Source: Psammoneis japonica
Lineage: Eukaryota
Assembly (NCBI GenBank): GCA_008632985.1
Contig: QPGO01000029.1
Coordinates: forward strand, 198,874-262,873
Direction of reading: 5' to 3'
DNA length: 64,000 bases
Shown: one piece after another, positions 1 through 16,330 of the stretch
Layout: each line of letters begins with the position of its first letter
Position numbering within the stretch: position 1 is the first letter of the stretch
The notes under the pieces: model-generated
What the model was told of the DNA's origin: nothing
Database searches by the model: none
The model's input: the letters and a program-made list of their open reading frames with translations, nothing else
Translations under genes and position numbers: made by a program

Positions 1-389
1 TGCAACAGAAATCATTGGGAGTAATCCTACAGCAGAGATCATTCAAGCATCGCCTTGTACTTACGAAGCCATGATTGAAGAGAAAGAGAAAACGACGGAA
101 CAGTACTCGTGCAACAGTGTCTTGGTTGTGAGAGGCCGGGAAAGCGAAGATAGAGAAGATTCGCTTCACGTGTCTGCCGTTTCGCGTAGAATCTACGCAA
201 ATCTGTATGGCACGAAAGATCCAACGCGCGGACGAAGCTGATTGGCTGGAAGATTTGTTTGATGACGCACTGCAAAAGGGTTATGACGCGACGCATCAAC
301 GACGAGGACCACCACGACAGGACCAGCAAGTGCTACCATACTGTAATTGTGCAGGCCCAATAGATCATTCTCGTGTTTCTGTGTAGTGT

Positions 390-1965
390 TTATGATGTCT
401 CTTTAACCCAGTCAGCCAAGGAATCAATGGCGACAGTTTTCTGTTCACTAGCTGCCAAATCTTTGATTGAAACTTCTCCATTCTCGTACTCATCAGGAGC
501 GACAATGACAACATTTCTCGCACCAATCCTATCAGCATGCTTGAATACCCATTTGGCCTTTTTGGGTTCCAGAATGACATCCACACTCTGCCCGGCTTCT
601 CGAATTCTGCCAGCCACATCAATCGAAGCGCCATAAAGATCCTTTGTCAATGAAAATACAACCGTATCGATTCCAGAATCATCAAATGCAGGAAGGACGT
701 TACGCTCCTTGAGCAACTCCACAATGACAGCGTCTCCAAATCCAAAGCCAGCTGCAGGTGTAGCATCGCCACCAAAGGTTTCAAGCAACTTGTCGTATCT
801 TCCTCCACCGGCAATGGCGCGTAATTCACCTTTGCGATCAAAAGCCTCGAACACGACACCAGTGTAGTATGCAAGACCTCGCACAACGGAAGCATCAAAC
901 AAAATCCAATCTTCGATACCATAAGCCTTACATAGATCCATTAGCGTCTTGAGCTCTTGAACGGCAACAGAATCGGGTCCCAATACCTTTTCAATGGATT
1001 CAATAGACTTGTTTTCTAACACCTCCGTCAACTTCTCCACCACTGCTCGATCTAATCCCAGCTCCTCCAAGTCATCTTGAATCGCATCCAACGGAACCTA
1101 AAAACAAACTCACCAATCAATAAGGACCTTTCCTACATGCGCATGTTGCACGCTAGCTTCATTCTTACCTTTTCAAGCTTGTCAACGAGCACACAAGTGG
1201 CAGCGAATTTTTCTTCAGGAATGCCTAGCTCCGTCAAGACTTCGGCAAGAACCAATCTGGAGTTGACCTTGATGCCCACATCTTCACTAGTGATACCAAC
1301 GTTTTTAAAGAAGTGACCATAGCACTCAGTAGCTCAGCCTCAGCCTGAACTCCAGCGACTCCCCAAACATCCATGTTCCATTGGAAGTGTTCACGTCGCC
1401 GTCCGCGTGTCATTCGTTCGTACCGCCAACATTGTGGTATTGAAAACCACTTGAGGGGAAGCGGTAAGCCACCTTTTTTGGCCATTACCATTCGTGCCAA
1501 ACTAGGCGTCATTTCAGGACGTAACGATACCGCACGGTCTCCCTTGTCGACGAAATTGTACAATTGTTGCGTCACCTCTTCACCGGCCTTTCTCGTGTAG
1601 AGCGCCTCGCTCTCGAGCATGGGAGCATCGTACTCGGAAAAACCATAGGTCTTTGCTACAGAACGCCAATGATCAAAGAGCCAAGTCCTCAATCTCATAT
1701 CTTGTGGATAAAAATCTCGTGTTCCTCTCGGTGGGTTGGTATCAAGCTTTGGTTGCTTTTTCTGCTTCTTTTTCGAATCCGTCTTGGCCAAGACATCGCC
1801 ATCTGCAACGGCACTCGACACGCGACCTCCATTGGCAGCAGCTTTTAATGACGAAACTTGCAGTTGCCTTGTTCTTGTTGTCGTCAGTCTTGGACTTGCG
1901 ACAAATGCAGTAATTGGGCGTCGAAGCAACGCAAGCGAAAAACAAAAAACCATGGCTCGCATCAT
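390..1965 (-). CDS. hisS: Histidyl-tRNA synthetase, probably organellar; intron 1098-1168 and one apparent frameshift near 1305
   Basis: Motifs PRGTRDF, LRPEMTPS, RYERMTRGRRREHFQWN, RGLAYYTG, GGGRYD, GFGFG and a C-terminal anticodon domain. N-terminal signal-like peptide followed by AFVASP. GT..AG intron read directly. Confidence 0.93.
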
Positions 1966-2940
1966 TCTGAATCAAAATGTACTAATAAGCTTTCGTGGCT
2001 GAGCGATGTAAAAATCAATCCAGAAACTCAGAGAAACTATAAACTACCAACCCGACCTACACTCCAAGGACCAGCTTTTAGTTCAAGTGCGCTTCTATTT
2101 TCCAACACCGTCGTCCAACCGGCAGGAGAATGGATGATGAATGAATGAATGAAGTGTGACTCACTCGTCGTCTGTGATCGTCACTAATTTTTCCCGCGCA
2201 AAAAAGATGCCCGCCGCCGGCACTGTCCAAAGAAGCTCTGTCCGCCCGCCCTCCAATGCGTTTTGGAGGTTGGCTCTGGTGCGGTGGACGGTCGGTCGTT
2301 GTTACAGTAGAGCCTGTCCAAAGCATCATAATGAGAAAAGAGATTGTTTTAACGTGTTAGGCCTACAGAAGCGCATGCTAGTAGCCCTCTAGGTTAGCTC
2401 ATTCGCGACGAGCCACAAAGCACCTTTCTCACGCCACCTTGGCAGAATCATCCATTGAGTTCACGAGGTGTTTTCAACAACAAATCTCCATGGTTTCTTA
2501 TGTTACGACTCTCAGGGGGCTTTGCTAGGGGGTTTATATGGCTCGTGTAATGCGTAACATAAAAAGCCGTGGACTTTGGAAAAACTATGAGCGTCATCGT
2601 CGAGTGACGATTGCGTGGTAATTTTTCGTGCTTTGGGAATTTTCGACCGAGAAATGAAGTTCAACGTTGCTGACGTGGAATACGAGGCACGTAGAAATCC
2701 ACTCCAAGTTTCTGGCAAAGGCTCAACTCGTGCGCGAGATGTGCGCGCGAAGCAGAACGAACGGAATCCATTCCGTATCGTACGTACGTCATCGTGGTAA
2801 AAGCAGTACGGAAAAGATCGCGGGAAATTCCACGTACGTCTCAGTATACATTCTACGTAAGTGCAACATGGTCACAAAGATCGGCGCCACGATTTTTTCC
2901 ATCGCACTTTTTTGCATCTGCAAATCTTGCGAAGACCAAC

Positions 2941-4604
<1,664 letters not shown>

Positions 4605-4892
4605 GCTTTCATATGAATTGCCTATTTTTGTGAGCTTTACCCTGGTAGAGCTCGATGTATCAAGGATATATAATAAAAAACGCAAACCTGAACGTTGTGG
4701 GCAGTTTATTTTACAAGTTCAAAAGTTGGAATTTCAAAGGACAAGGTCAGAAAGACGATTCCAAGTTTGCACGCACATTCACAGTCACAGACACGCTGAC
4801 GCACAGATACGAAGCACTCAAGCCCAAACTGGAAACCAACAATTCATCGCCACGCGCAACAACACACAAAAAACACAAGAACGTTCCTGACA

Positions 4893-6092
4893 ATGTCGAA
4901 AGCACCGCCGCCCCCTCAATCAGGGGCTCCTCCTCCACCCGCCACCAAACCTGCTGCCGCAAAGAAAAGAAGCAGCAAATCGTTTGATATCTCCCAGCTC
5001 CCATCTCTCAAGGATGGAATGACGGCCGAGGAGGAAATGACGAGGCGACGAAAAACGTGTCGATACCTCGAAGAGGCCGGTCGGGCCTGTCTCAAGCTTC
5101 CTCGTGTGGCAGTGTCAACGTCCATGGTGTTTTTCCATAGATTCTATGCGAAGCATTCGTTTGAAAAACACGATCGCTTTGAAGTGGCAATGGCGTGCTT
5201 GCTGCTTGCGGCGAAAACGGAGGAGTCTCCGAGAAAGCTCAATACGGTGATTTTGGAATGTTACAAGCTCAAGGCCCGCGGGTCGGCGGGGCGTAGCATG
5301 AGTCGAAACAGCGACAAGAGTGCTTCTACTAGTGCAAACAATGGAGAGCTTGATCCCAAGTCGGCGGAATTTGAGAAGCTCAAGGAGCGTATTTTGCTGT
5401 TGGAGCGAGTGATTCTCCACACGATTGGTTTTGAGCTTAGCGTGGATCATCCTTATAAGTTCTTAGTAGACCAGGTAAGGTCACGAAAACATATACAACA
5501 CTTTCTCACAATCTTCTTGATGCTAAGCTATGGCCACGTCTGCCTCCTTATCGGCAGATTCAGAAACTGGTTGCGACTCGTCAAGTGGAGTATGAAACCA
5601 AGATTGAGAATGCTACTCCCTCCCAGGTTTCAAGCAAGCTGTTGAATGAACTGATTCAGTATTCTGTTAATTTTGCGAATGATTCGATGCACACTTGCCT
5701 CTGTTTGCAGTTTCCCGCAAAAGCCATTGCCTCGGCTTGCGTTTACCTCGGTGGTCAGCATAGCAAGGTCAAACCGGCAGGCAACAAGACATGGTTCGAT
5801 GTACTGGGCTGCAGCGATGCGATTTCATTCTCTTGTAAGTTCATAAATGCTGTTGCGCTGACTGCATGTTACGTGAAGGCAGTATTTGTACTCTTGTGTG
5901 CGTTTTTTTCTCAGATTCCGTTTGACGTTCTCCCTCAGCGATTTGCGAGCAGATCATGGAGGTTATTGCCGAAAAGAAAGGTGCAAATACCGATGCCTTT
6001 CCAGCGATCCGGAAGACTTGGAAAGAATGATTGAGGAGAAGGAAGCTGGGGCTGTTCCAGAGAGAGACGCGAAGCGCCCACGGACCGCCTAG
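4893..6092 (+). CDS. Cyclin T/K/L-family (transcriptional CDK) cyclin; introns about 5475-5557 and 5835-5938
   Basis: Cyclin box FFHRFYAKHSF...ACLLLAAKTEESPRKL...ERVILHTIGFELSVDHPY, and second repeat NDSMHTCLCLQF...IASACVYL. Confidence 0.85.
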
Positions 6093-6631
6093 CTAGGATT
6101 GGCTGAGGGGGTTGGAGATTTGCAACCCATAGTTGTGGGGCGTCTAGTAAATTGGTACAAGTGCCTGGTGGGGAAGCTTTGGCAATAGGAGGCTGTTTCT
6201 CTTTCGTTGTTCTATTCTTTTGCTGGATTCCAACCGACGCTGAAGTACGAGACGCTAGAAGTATGTTTCATTCTGGTGTAACCTAGTATATTACTAAACA
6301 ATAACTCTAACCGCATCCGTCTTACTTCCTGCTTTTCTCCATTAGCAGAGAGAGTTGACTAGCTAATGTAAAGTACAAGTACCGTTGAGAAGTCGATCCA
6401 TGTTCAACTTGTTGCCAGTTTACCAGTGAACACAATATAGAAGTATGTCTGTCTGCGGTCTTGTTTGTGTGTCCTGATGATGTGTGCACAGTGACCGAAC
6501 ACATGTCGACGCCGACGCTGGTTGCGTTGTGGAGGAGGAGTCGCGAGAGTCGCGCCGCCGACAGATGAGGCGCAATGACGATGAAGCATAGGCTCAACGG
6601 TAGAAGCCGCAACCGTTGAACCTGTTTCAAG

Positions 6632-9600
6632 ATGGATCTTCAAGCCATTCTAGATGAAGTAGATTCAAGCTCAGATTCTTCTGTGCAAGGGCTTGGTAAT
6701 TCATCAAGCCTGGACGATCTGGAACGGATCTTGCGCGAAGACGACGATGCCTCTGACGGCGGCTTGAGGACGTCCACTGGCGGGTCGCTGTCATCCTCCG
6801 TTGAAACTCCCACGGATCATTACAATGTTTTATCGTCACTAAAGACTGGATTATTGAATCCATCCATATCATATGATGTTGATGATGCTCTGGAATCCAC
6901 AGACGCTGAAACAGGCGGCGTTGACTTTTCTCCAGAAGATCCTGTTTACACGTCTGCGACTCACAATGCCGAGGACTGGGCGGTCCTTCAACAGATTCTG
7001 GGCGAAGACGACAAAGACGATGAGGAAGACTTTGGTTGGATGGATAAGCATTCGCTATCAACTGGACCGAGTTTGCAAAAGGACGGTTTGACAATTACAT
7101 CCCATAATCCAGAGGTTGATGCAATCTTAAATTCGAGTGATGACGATGTGGACTTGGATGTTCCTCTTACGTCTCTAATCCCAACTTGGTCGTCCGCAGA
7201 TACTGATATGAACCAGAACCACGAATTGTTGCCTTCCTGGTCTCAGGAAGACAAACCTCGACCCGTGTCTCCGCCTCTTATGGAATCACAACTTGCTTCC
7301 AAACCGCATCTTTCAAAATCACCAAAGTCCGGAGGTGTCGATCAATCCTTTGAACACTCACCAGAACTGTCCGATTCTGAACATTTGGCGCTAACAGATG
7401 CTGCCATGAAGTATGCAGAAGCCTATGAACGCCGACTCTTACGGTCAGGCCACAGGGATATCGTGTCGCCCTTGCTTGTCAAGAGAAAGATGAAACCTCG
7501 GTTCGAAGTTGGTACCCGCAGCCAGAGAATGCTGTCAAAAGAAAGGTTAAGCAGTGTGAGTCAACAGCAAGTACTGCCACACTTTGATTTCTCGGGACTG
7601 ATGGAGTCAAAGAATATGCCAAAGATCAGTTCGTATTTGATGCATCCATTGCCGACACACGGTTTGCCAACAGCATTGGCTGTCAATTCCAAGTTTATCG
7701 CAATCGGTTTCCAAAAAGGAATCATTTGCGTTTTTGATCTTTTTGAGGTGCTGCGACAGAGACTGGGAGTGTTGATTGATCGACCAGGATCTTCCGATTA
7801 TGCGCTTGGGAATGTAGGCTCCGTCTCCTCGATTGACATTGCGTCAAATGGGGAAACGTTGATTGCAGGATACACCAGTGGGGCTGTTGTACTTTGGGAT
7901 ATCATAAAGGGATCCATTCTTCGAAGCGTGACAGAAGCTCACCCATCTCCCATTACAATGGTTCGTTTCTGACAGACCGCGACAGTAAGGTAGTCAGCGT
8001 AGACGCGGGTGGACTCGTCCTCAAACAAGTGTTTACAAAGAACCTTTGTGGGCAAATTACTCCATGGATTACGAATGCCTCTTGGACGGAGCAGCTGGAC
8101 AAGTACTTGCCATGAATATTCTGTCTCCGTTTTCTTCTATAGACTCAAGTACATCGACAGTTCCCAAGAGGGCGCAACATCCCTTTCTGCACAAGTTGGT
8201 TTTGATCGCCTTGTCATCAGAGCGGAGCTCATTTGTTGTGGCTGTGGAACCCGATATCAATGTCCTGCATCGGTGGGCAAGGCCGCCAGCCGATAGAATC
8301 CGCCCCAAGCTAGAGGGAGTGCAGTCACCAACCATTACAGAACTGCCGTGTTTGTCTTGGGGGTGGGCCCTTGTTTCTGGCGGCGGCAACGTAGTGTCGC
8401 CCATCCTTGCACGAGCCTGGGGATGTTGCATACAGCTACTTCAAGCACACTTTCCAGAGAGTACACCGGAGGTAGAGAGTGAGGAAGAGGGACACTTTTG
8501 GCCTGCTTTTGGGGTGCATGACGAGTTTGATGTTTCTTCCCCGGTAGTGTCACTAGAATGGCTTGGTGAGCGATCGCTTGTGTACCTGACAGTTACAAAT
8601 GAGTTTACGGTGGTTGATACTGTTATGATGACCTTGGTGGAGCGACTTGACTTCTCGGGTCTGCAACTAGTTTACGCTGAATTTTCCTTGAGCAGAAGCG
8701 CCAACAAGGAGGACGAGGGGACTGTTTCAATTGACTTTTGCACCACCTTCCAGAACAGCATTCGCTTTAGTGATGGCCGAATCCTTATTCTTTGCCAGGA
8801 TGAGATAAAGAGCGTGTCAATCATCGGAGCAAAGCGACGAATTTCGACTCTAGAACATGATGGAGAATGGCTTGAAGCGCTGGCACTAGCTCTGGATCAC
8901 TACGAGAATACGATTAAAAGCCAGGAGGACCGAAAGAGGGATCCGGATGGCATGCCGGATTTGTCAAAGCACCCCGAGTTCTCTTCGATGATTCGCACGG
9001 AGAAGAGGAATGGATTGCCAATTGCTTCTTCGCTATCTTGCCTTGGCCATCGAAAACGCTCCAGAGGCGAACGACTCGTCATGAACGACGGTGTACATTC
9101 GCCGTCAAGGAGAATAAACCTTGCTCAGAGTCATTTCCAGATGTTGGCCGGTGTTTGCATGAGTTCTGTGTTGTGACGAGAAGGCTTGATCTACTTTTCG
9201 GACCGATCTTTCGTCGTTTCTTTTCTTCTGGTAATACTTCTGTTTTCCTCGATGTGTTGGAGCCGTACGTGCTGAATGATAAGCTACCCTATATCGCGCC
9301 AGAAGCCATGGTTCACTTTATCGAGCACTGCAAAGCTACAAACGGCGTTGCGACAGTTGAGCGATGCTTGCTTCACATGGATGTGACGATAATGGATTTG
9401 ACAACATTCTCAATCTACTTCGAAGGAATGACATGTATTCAGCACTCATCCATGTGTACACGCACGGTCTCAACGATTTTGTGGCACCTCTTGAAATATT
9501 GCTAGAGAGGGTCTTCGACGCTGCTGACGAAGGAAGTGTGAGTTCGACTCGTCGACGGGATGGTGTCCTCACAATGCCTTTGAGCGATTTGGTTACAAGG

Positions 9601-11902
9601 CTATTCTGTATTGCGACGTTGCTTCGAGGGAAAGACATTTACAAAGGAGGAATCGTTGAAGCCGGACGATCGACTACAGACTCTGAGGCCCCAGCTCCTA
9701 AGGTATCTTCTCACAGAAACTTACACGCCTTCATCGAACGTTAAAGACAGGAATAGCCACACCGACCTGTTGGGCATCGGGCATACCTGTTTCCTTATAC
9801 ACATATGCTACTGATGGTGGATGCAAGAGCTTTTCTAGATATGCTTAGCATTGCGCTTGATGCACCGGATGCTGAGTTTGTCAACTCTAAAACGGTATTT
9901 GAAACCGTGGGTGGTTGGGAGGCAGAAGTAGGCGCAAGTATACCGGGCTCGGTTTCTGAACAAGCAGAGGTTGACGAACCGGAAAATTCTACCCGTTGTC
10001 CTAGTATTCAACGTATCATCAACATGCTGTCAACTGTTATTCTTCCAGACGACGACACGGAGACTCACTCTACATTCGGGAGCATAGGTCAATCAAAGGA
10101 TACCATCAATGCCTATCTCGATTTCCTTTCAAAGTATCTGATGAAGGGCGTTGCTTGGACTAGCAAAGCGACAACGTTCTTGATAGTATCGCGACAGACG
10201 GACCGCTATGTCTCTGCCAAGTTGGATTCTGTTCGCGAACGTTCACAGGACCAGCTTATTGAGCTTCTCACAGCTCTCCCGCGGAATTCATACGACTCCG
10301 ACGACTTGCTCGCTCTTGTAGACAGTGCGGTATTCACAGGGCGTCGCTTTTGCTTCACCAGGAAGGTGTGACATCATGGCAAGAAAGCAACGACGATAGA
10401 GACCGCAGGTCTGAGCATCTTCGTCGAGCTATTGATTGTTATCTAAATGATGACGAGCCCGACTTTCGCAAGGGTGTGTTTGCATACGTGAAGAAGGAAT
10501 GCACTGCAGATACATCACAGCTCGGCGAAAGCAACGATGGTGATTCTCCCACCTTGCGTGGTGCTCTTTCTGAGAAGATGACGGATCTCGTCCACCTCGA
10601 CCCACTGCTGTCTGCTCAACTAGTAGCGGAGATATTCATTGAGGAATTGGACGATATCATAGAAACACTCGGCCGCGATACGGATAGCGTGGCTCAGTTT
10701 CTATTCCTCCACGCCGTAATATCGGGTGACTTATCAAAGATAGATGCGGTTGCTGGCCCCGTGCTCTCCGCCAACCTTACGATGGACCATCATCAACGGT
10801 ATCTTGTCCTTATGGCCAAGTTGTACCCCGATAGGATGTACGAGTACTTGTCGACCCATGACAACTACCGACCTGAAGAATGTTTGAAGCTTTGCCAAGA
10901 ACACGATATTGCTGACGCATCTGCTTATCTACTGGAGAGAATGGGGAATGTGTCGAGTGCACTCCAGCTCATTCTTCAAACCTTGGAAGCAAGGTTGATG
11001 GGGCTTAAGCGTGTGATTCGTGGGATGAATACAGACAGCTATGAGACAAGTCTGATGAAAAAGATCCACCGAGACTGGACCAAGGACCTAGATCCGAAAA
11101 CAAAGAGAGGAAAGGAGGTGAAAGGAGTCAAGAGAATACTCGTTGTTGCTCTAGATTTGTGCGAGCGAAATTCAGGAACACGGTCATCGAGATCAGAGCA
11201 AAGTTCGCAGCTGTGGTTCAATGTTCTCGATCGACTGATCAATGCAAAGGGCTTTCTGAGACTTTCAAAGGAAAAACCCGAGCAGGCCAAGATGATGGGA
11301 GTTATTTTGAGTGACCTCCTTCAGATGACAATGCAGAGAATGGTTTCTTGTGTTCCTCTTCCTGACCTTGTTCGAAAAGTCACGACGGAGCACTCGGGAG
11401 CCGACTCGGCGAGTTCCGCGAGATGTTAGTCAGTATGCTAAGCACCTATGGGTTTGAACACGATGTGTCACTGGGAGCGGTCAACGTTATGAACCACGAT
11501 ATCAGAAGAATGGAAAGAGAGCACAGGAGACTGAAGATGACGGGATCTAGCGTACAGACAATTATGAACCAACCGCTGTCTGGTAAACAAATGTTGAGTC
11601 TCGATGCAACGTTGGTCCTTCGCGACAGAGGCGATGCTGTGTTTGTTGACAGTGCCACATCAACCGGAAAAAGTAGAAGCACCGGAGGACTAGAGAACGC
11701 TCGGTTGCGCCTTCGTTCTCGAAGAGATGGTGGTAACAAAAACACAGATCCATGGAGTTGTGCTAAATCCAATCTGAGCCTCATGACCGTTTCAGATAGG
11801 CAGTACCAGGATGGCGAGTCGGATGAAATGGCGTCTTTCGGAGAGAGATATGTGGGGATTCTGGGTAGTGCAGAGCATTCAGGAAGATTTGGCTACCTGT
11901 AG
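6632..11902 (+). CDS. VPS8: VPS8-like CORVET subunit (WD40 plus alpha-solenoid/CHCR), broken by several apparent frameshifts
   Basis: Consecutive same-strand ORFs with GLPTALAV/IAIG WD region, PCLSWG, FLDVLEPYVLND, ERCLLHMD, YRPEECLKLCQEHDIADASAYLLER and LWFNVLD. Confidence 0.8.
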
Positions 11903-12381
11903 TAATGATCCTTATTGCTCGCGCCAGCAATTTTCGCTATTTCATGAGTTTTCCTCTCTAGACCAGTCTAACTGATCATCGTAACGCACCTCCTGTTACA
12001 TGGCACTCTCAACTAACTCTAGTAGTAGCTAGCTAGAGCTAATAAGAGAGCACAGTAGTGTAGGTAACAGATGAAAGGAGTCGCAAATGTGAGCGAGGGA
12101 CGCGGCAAACATACTTGAGGAATTAGGAATCGCTCAGTCGTTGATGCAAGCAAATAGGAAGTGACGTCATTTACGTCCTTCCGGCGTACGTGTCTCCAAA
12201 TCTTCTTGCACTTTCGCGCCACGAAAGCAACATCAAAACTGCCATCCATCACACACAAGCTTTCTCACAACTTATATGCTGTGAATCGAAATTGCAAAAA
12301 GCGCCGGAGAACTTGATCAAGTCTCTGCCACTCAACCTCACTAAACTCGTTTTGTGTCTTTCGTCAATCCAATTTATCGTG

Positions 12382-14030
12382 ATGGCTAGCAAAGGTGCGC
12401 TGATCTTATCGTACTACTGTTTTTGACGGAACAAAATGATTTTCTTACAGTCGAATCCTTTTCTTTTCGTTGTCGTGCAGGTTCTGGAGCACGTGGTGGC
12501 TTGTTTGGAGCGGGGGGACGCTTCAAGGGCGGCACAGACCCCGTCATGGAAAAGTTCAATGAGAGCATTAGTGTGGATCAACGGTGAGTGAAACTCACAA
12601 CCCGAGGTTTCCGATTGCGTTCGACGCTCGACTGATCATTTCCAATTTTTTTTTTTGTCGCGATACCAGAATGTGGGACCAAGATATTCGTGGATCAATT
12701 GCTTACGCAAAGGGAATTGCAAAGGTGGGCATCATTACAAAGGAAGAGGAAGCACAGCTTCTGGAGGGTCTTGAAAAAGTACGACAAGAGTGGGCGAACG
12801 GATCTTTCGAGATTAAACCAGGCGACGAGGATATTCACACGGCAAACGAACGCCGTCTAACGGAACTTATGGGCCCAGTAGGTGGAAAGTTACATACGGG
12901 AAGGTCCCGAAACGACCAAGTGGCAACGGACACTCGCCTCTGGACCGTGGAAACTGAGCGTGATATTCTAAAGGATTTGAAGACCTTACTCCAAGCCGGA
13001 GCGGAGTATGCCAAGGAGCATTCTGACATTCTCATGGCGGGTTACACCCATTTGCAGCCTGCACAGCCCATTCGCTTCTCTCACTGGCTTTTGAGCCACC
13101 TTTCACCGATTATGAGAGATGCGAGTCGCCTCCAGGAGCTGATCCCGCGTGCCAACCAGTGCCCATTGGGATCTGGTGCCCTTGCGGGTAACGCCTTTGG
13201 TGTAGATAGGAAGTTCTTGGCAGAAGAGCTCGGTTTCGAGGGCGTGACACCCAACTCCCTTGATTCTGTCTGTGATCGCGACTTTATTGTCGAATTCCTA
13301 ATGTGGAGTACCCTTTTGCTGACGCATTTATCTCAGTTTGCGGAAGATGTGATTATCAACAATCTCCTCCGGGGCATTGAAATCGATGATGCGTACGCCA
13401 CAGGATCGTCTCTAATGCCACAAAAGAAGAATCCTGATGCCCTTGAGCTCTTGCGTGGCAAGGCTGCAAGTGCCCTTGGAAGGGCCGTTGGCTTTACTGC
13501 CGCTCTCAAGGACTCCCCCGTGCTACAACAAGGACTTGCAGGAGGACAAAATCCTACTCTTTGCGGCGGTAGATAGTGTCAAAGATTGCCTTGCCATTAC
13601 CACGGGCGTCATTGTCACTATGAAGCCCAACCCCGAAATGTTGATGAAGGCTCTCTGTCCGGAGATGTTGGCCACTGACCTTGCCGACTATTTGGTGAGG
13701 AAGGGAGTTCCCTTCCGTGAGACGCACCACATTAGGTGAGTTTGTGCTTTAATTGGGCCTTTGCCGATGTTTCGCATCTTTGCTCTAACCTCTCAGTTTT
13801 CTTCTTTGAGCAGTGGTGCGTGTGTGAGAATGGCTGAGGAGACCAAAGTGAGCATCGACACGCTCACGCTTGAACAGTTGCAAGGTATTGATTCTAGATT
13901 CGAAGCCGACGTCATGGAGGTTTGGGATTACGAAGTTAGCGTTGAGCGCAAAAGTTCTATCGGTGGAACTGCCAAAGCGTCGGTTCTCGAGCAAATTGAA
14001 ATCATCGAAGCCTTTGTCAACACTTTGTAG
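12382..14030 (+). CDS. argH: Argininosuccinate lyase; three short introns and one apparent frameshift near 13515
   Basis: [68 protein letters not shown]. Confidence 0.95.
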
Positions 14031-14128
14031 GCTTCCAAAATTTTCACGAAGCTTTTGCAATTCAGTCTACTAGAACGCTGCACACGCCAATAATATTTTA
14101 AAGAAGATTCACCTCAGTTCAGCAGTCT

Positions 14129-15943
14129 CTACTTATTGTTAAATTTTCCGTGCGCCAAATATGCTTCAAGAAGGCTGCTTGTTGACGAATTGAATCCTTG
14201 CACAGATGCACCTGTTTTACGAGATGCGCTCAGCTGTGATCTAATTTGTCTTGCAAGAACCTTCCCCAGTTCCACACCCCACTGATCAAAGCTATTGATT
14301 CCCCAAATAAATCCTTGCACGGCTGTTCGGTGTTCATAGATAGCAAGAAGCTGTCCAACGGCAAAGGCATCAAGCTTGGTCAAAAGCATGGACGACGAGG
14401 GACGGTTTCCCGGAAACACCTTGTGATCCCTCAGCTCTTCCGGGACGCCTTCTTGAATAAGCTCGTTTAGAGTTTTGCCGTACGCAAGTGCGTCTGGTTG
14501 AGAAAAGAAGTTTGACATGAGTTCGTCGTGATTCGAGACTGGTTCGCCGTCGAGTTTCACCGGAGCTTGCGATTCCATAAAGCCGATAAAGTCAGCAGGC
14601 ACCACCCGCCCCTGATGCATAAGTTGGTAGAACGAGTGCTGTCCATTGGTTCCCGGTTCGCCAAAGTTGATCTCACCCGTCGAGTGAAAGAGGGCGGAAC
14701 CGTCCAGCGTGACGCGCTTTCCGTTGCTTTCCATATCGACCTGCTGAATGTGCGCAGGAAATCTCTTCAGAGCCTGGGCATAAGGCAGAAGAGCACGAGT
14801 TTCGTAACCCAGAAACGTCGAGTTCCAAACGCCAAGCAACCCGAGAAGGAGCGGGATATTGTCGCGAAGTGGAGCTTCGAAGAAGTGTTGGTCCATGTCA
14901 TGGGCGCCGTCGAGGAAGTCACTCATTACATTGTAGGAGTACTGGATTGACAGCGGCAGAACGCCAACAGCTGAGGTGACAGAAAAACGTCCTCCTACCC
15001 AATCCCAGAATCCAAAAACGTTAGACTCATCGATACCAAAAGAAACACAAGCGGGAATGTTGGTACTGACGGCGGCAACGTGCTTCGCAATAATTTCCTC
15101 CGTAGCTGCGTTTCCCTCAAGGCCTTGCAAAAGCCACTTTCTAGCAGTTCTGGCATTGAGCATTGTCTCTGCTGTGGTGAAAGTTTTACTGATGACAATC
15201 ACCAAAGTTTCCGCCGGGTCTAAATCCCTTGTACACAATTCAAAGTCGACCGGATCGACGTTTGCGAGGAAGCGGAGTGTCCTCCCTTTTGATGCTTCAG
15301 ATGCCACTGGATCGGCCCTAAGAGCTTCATTCACAAACTCAGGTCCAAGTTGAGAGCCTCCGATTCCAATGCATACGCAGTTCTTGAGGGGCTTTCCCTT
15401 GACGCCCAAGTGTTCGCCTGAGCGGATCCTCTCACTAAACGCTTCAATCCTATCGCGAACCGCGTGTACTTCTTGTAAGAGAGATGCACCTTCCCGCGGG
15501 TTAATGTAAGAATAATCATAACCTTTCGGCATACGGAGGACATGATGGAGCACTGGTCTGTCTTCTGTAACATTTATCTTAACTCCAGCTCTCATGGCTG
15601 CTCGACGGTTAGTGAAACCCAGCGCATCCGCCAGATCGAACAAGAGCTCCATGGTTTCTCCTGTCACTTGCTGTCGGCTGTAATCAAGGATAATTCGTCT
15701 CTTTTCTCCTTCTCTCGTATGAGTTGTCGTCAGACCTGCACAACGAGCTGAATCATTGCACAAGTTGCGAAGATGAAGCTTGTCGTCCGATTTGAAAGAC
15801 GCAGCCGCTGCTTGGAGTGCATCGTATTGCGGCACGTCAGTGCACCGGATTGCAAACATCTTTGTCGGACTTTTTGTTGCAAACGTGGATGATGGTAGGA
15901 GCGTCGAGGATGCTATAAGAAAGGCTGTGAAGCTCAGTCGCAT
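14129..15943 (-). CDS. GPI: Second glucose-6-phosphate isomerase with an N-terminal signal peptide (plastid or periplastid targeted)
   Basis: Intact 604-aa ORF with [43 protein letters not shown] and [10 protein letters not shown]. Hydrophobic N-terminus [13 protein letters not shown]. Confidence 0.95.
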   Translation of the reverse strand: MRLSFTAFLIASSTLLPSSTFATKSPTKMFAIRCTDVPQYDALQAAAASFKSDDKLHLRNLCNDSARCAGLTTTHTREGEKRRIILDYSRQQVTGETMELLFDLADALGFTNRRAAMRAGVKINVTEDRPVLHHVLRMPKGYDYSYINPREGASLLQEVHAVRDRIEAFSERIRSGEHLGVKGKPLKNCVCIGIGGSQLGPEFVNEALRADPVASEASKGRTLRFLANVDPVDFELCTRDLDPAETLVIVISKTFTTAETMLNARTARKWLLQGLEGNAATEEIIAKHVAAVSTNIPACVSFGIDESNVFGFWDWVGGRFSVTSAVGVLPLSIQYSYNVMSDFLDGAHDMDQHFFEAPLRDNIPLLLGLLGVWNSTFLGYETRALLPYAQALKRFPAHIQQVDMESNGKRVTLDGSALFHSTGEINFGEPGTNGQHSFYQLMHQGRVVPADFIGFMESQAPVKLDGEPVSNHDELMSNFFSQPDALAYGKTLNELIQEGVPEELRDHKVFPGNRPSSSMLLTKLDAFAVGQLLAIYEHRTAVQGFIWGINSFDQWGVELGKVLARQIRSQLSASRKTGASVQGFNSSTSSLLEAYLAHGKFNNK

Positions 15944-16330
15944 ACTTCAGGGCGAAAGGACGATGATCTTTCGAAACAGGGGGTTGTGACAGCAACACCG
16001 CCGCTAATGATCATTGCGTCGTGCGTACCGTATCTGGATCTTGTTTCAAGAGTGCCCACTTGGGCCTTGGTGAGTGACAAGAAGCTCAAAGTGTCGTCGC
16101 AAGGCTAACTGCTGCTTCTCGTGCACGAGCACTACTGTACTCCCAGTTGGGATTGGTTTCGTGTCGATTCCTAGCTAGAGCACATGATGTTTGTACGAGT
16201 GAGTATTTCGATACTTTACATGGAAAACACGAGAAATAGCTCTCCCCAATCTGTCTACGGTCTAGGTCACTTCGTTCTTCGTTCTCAGGTCCATTTCGCA
16301 GCAAGTCTGGTTTCTTTTACTCATTGTTTC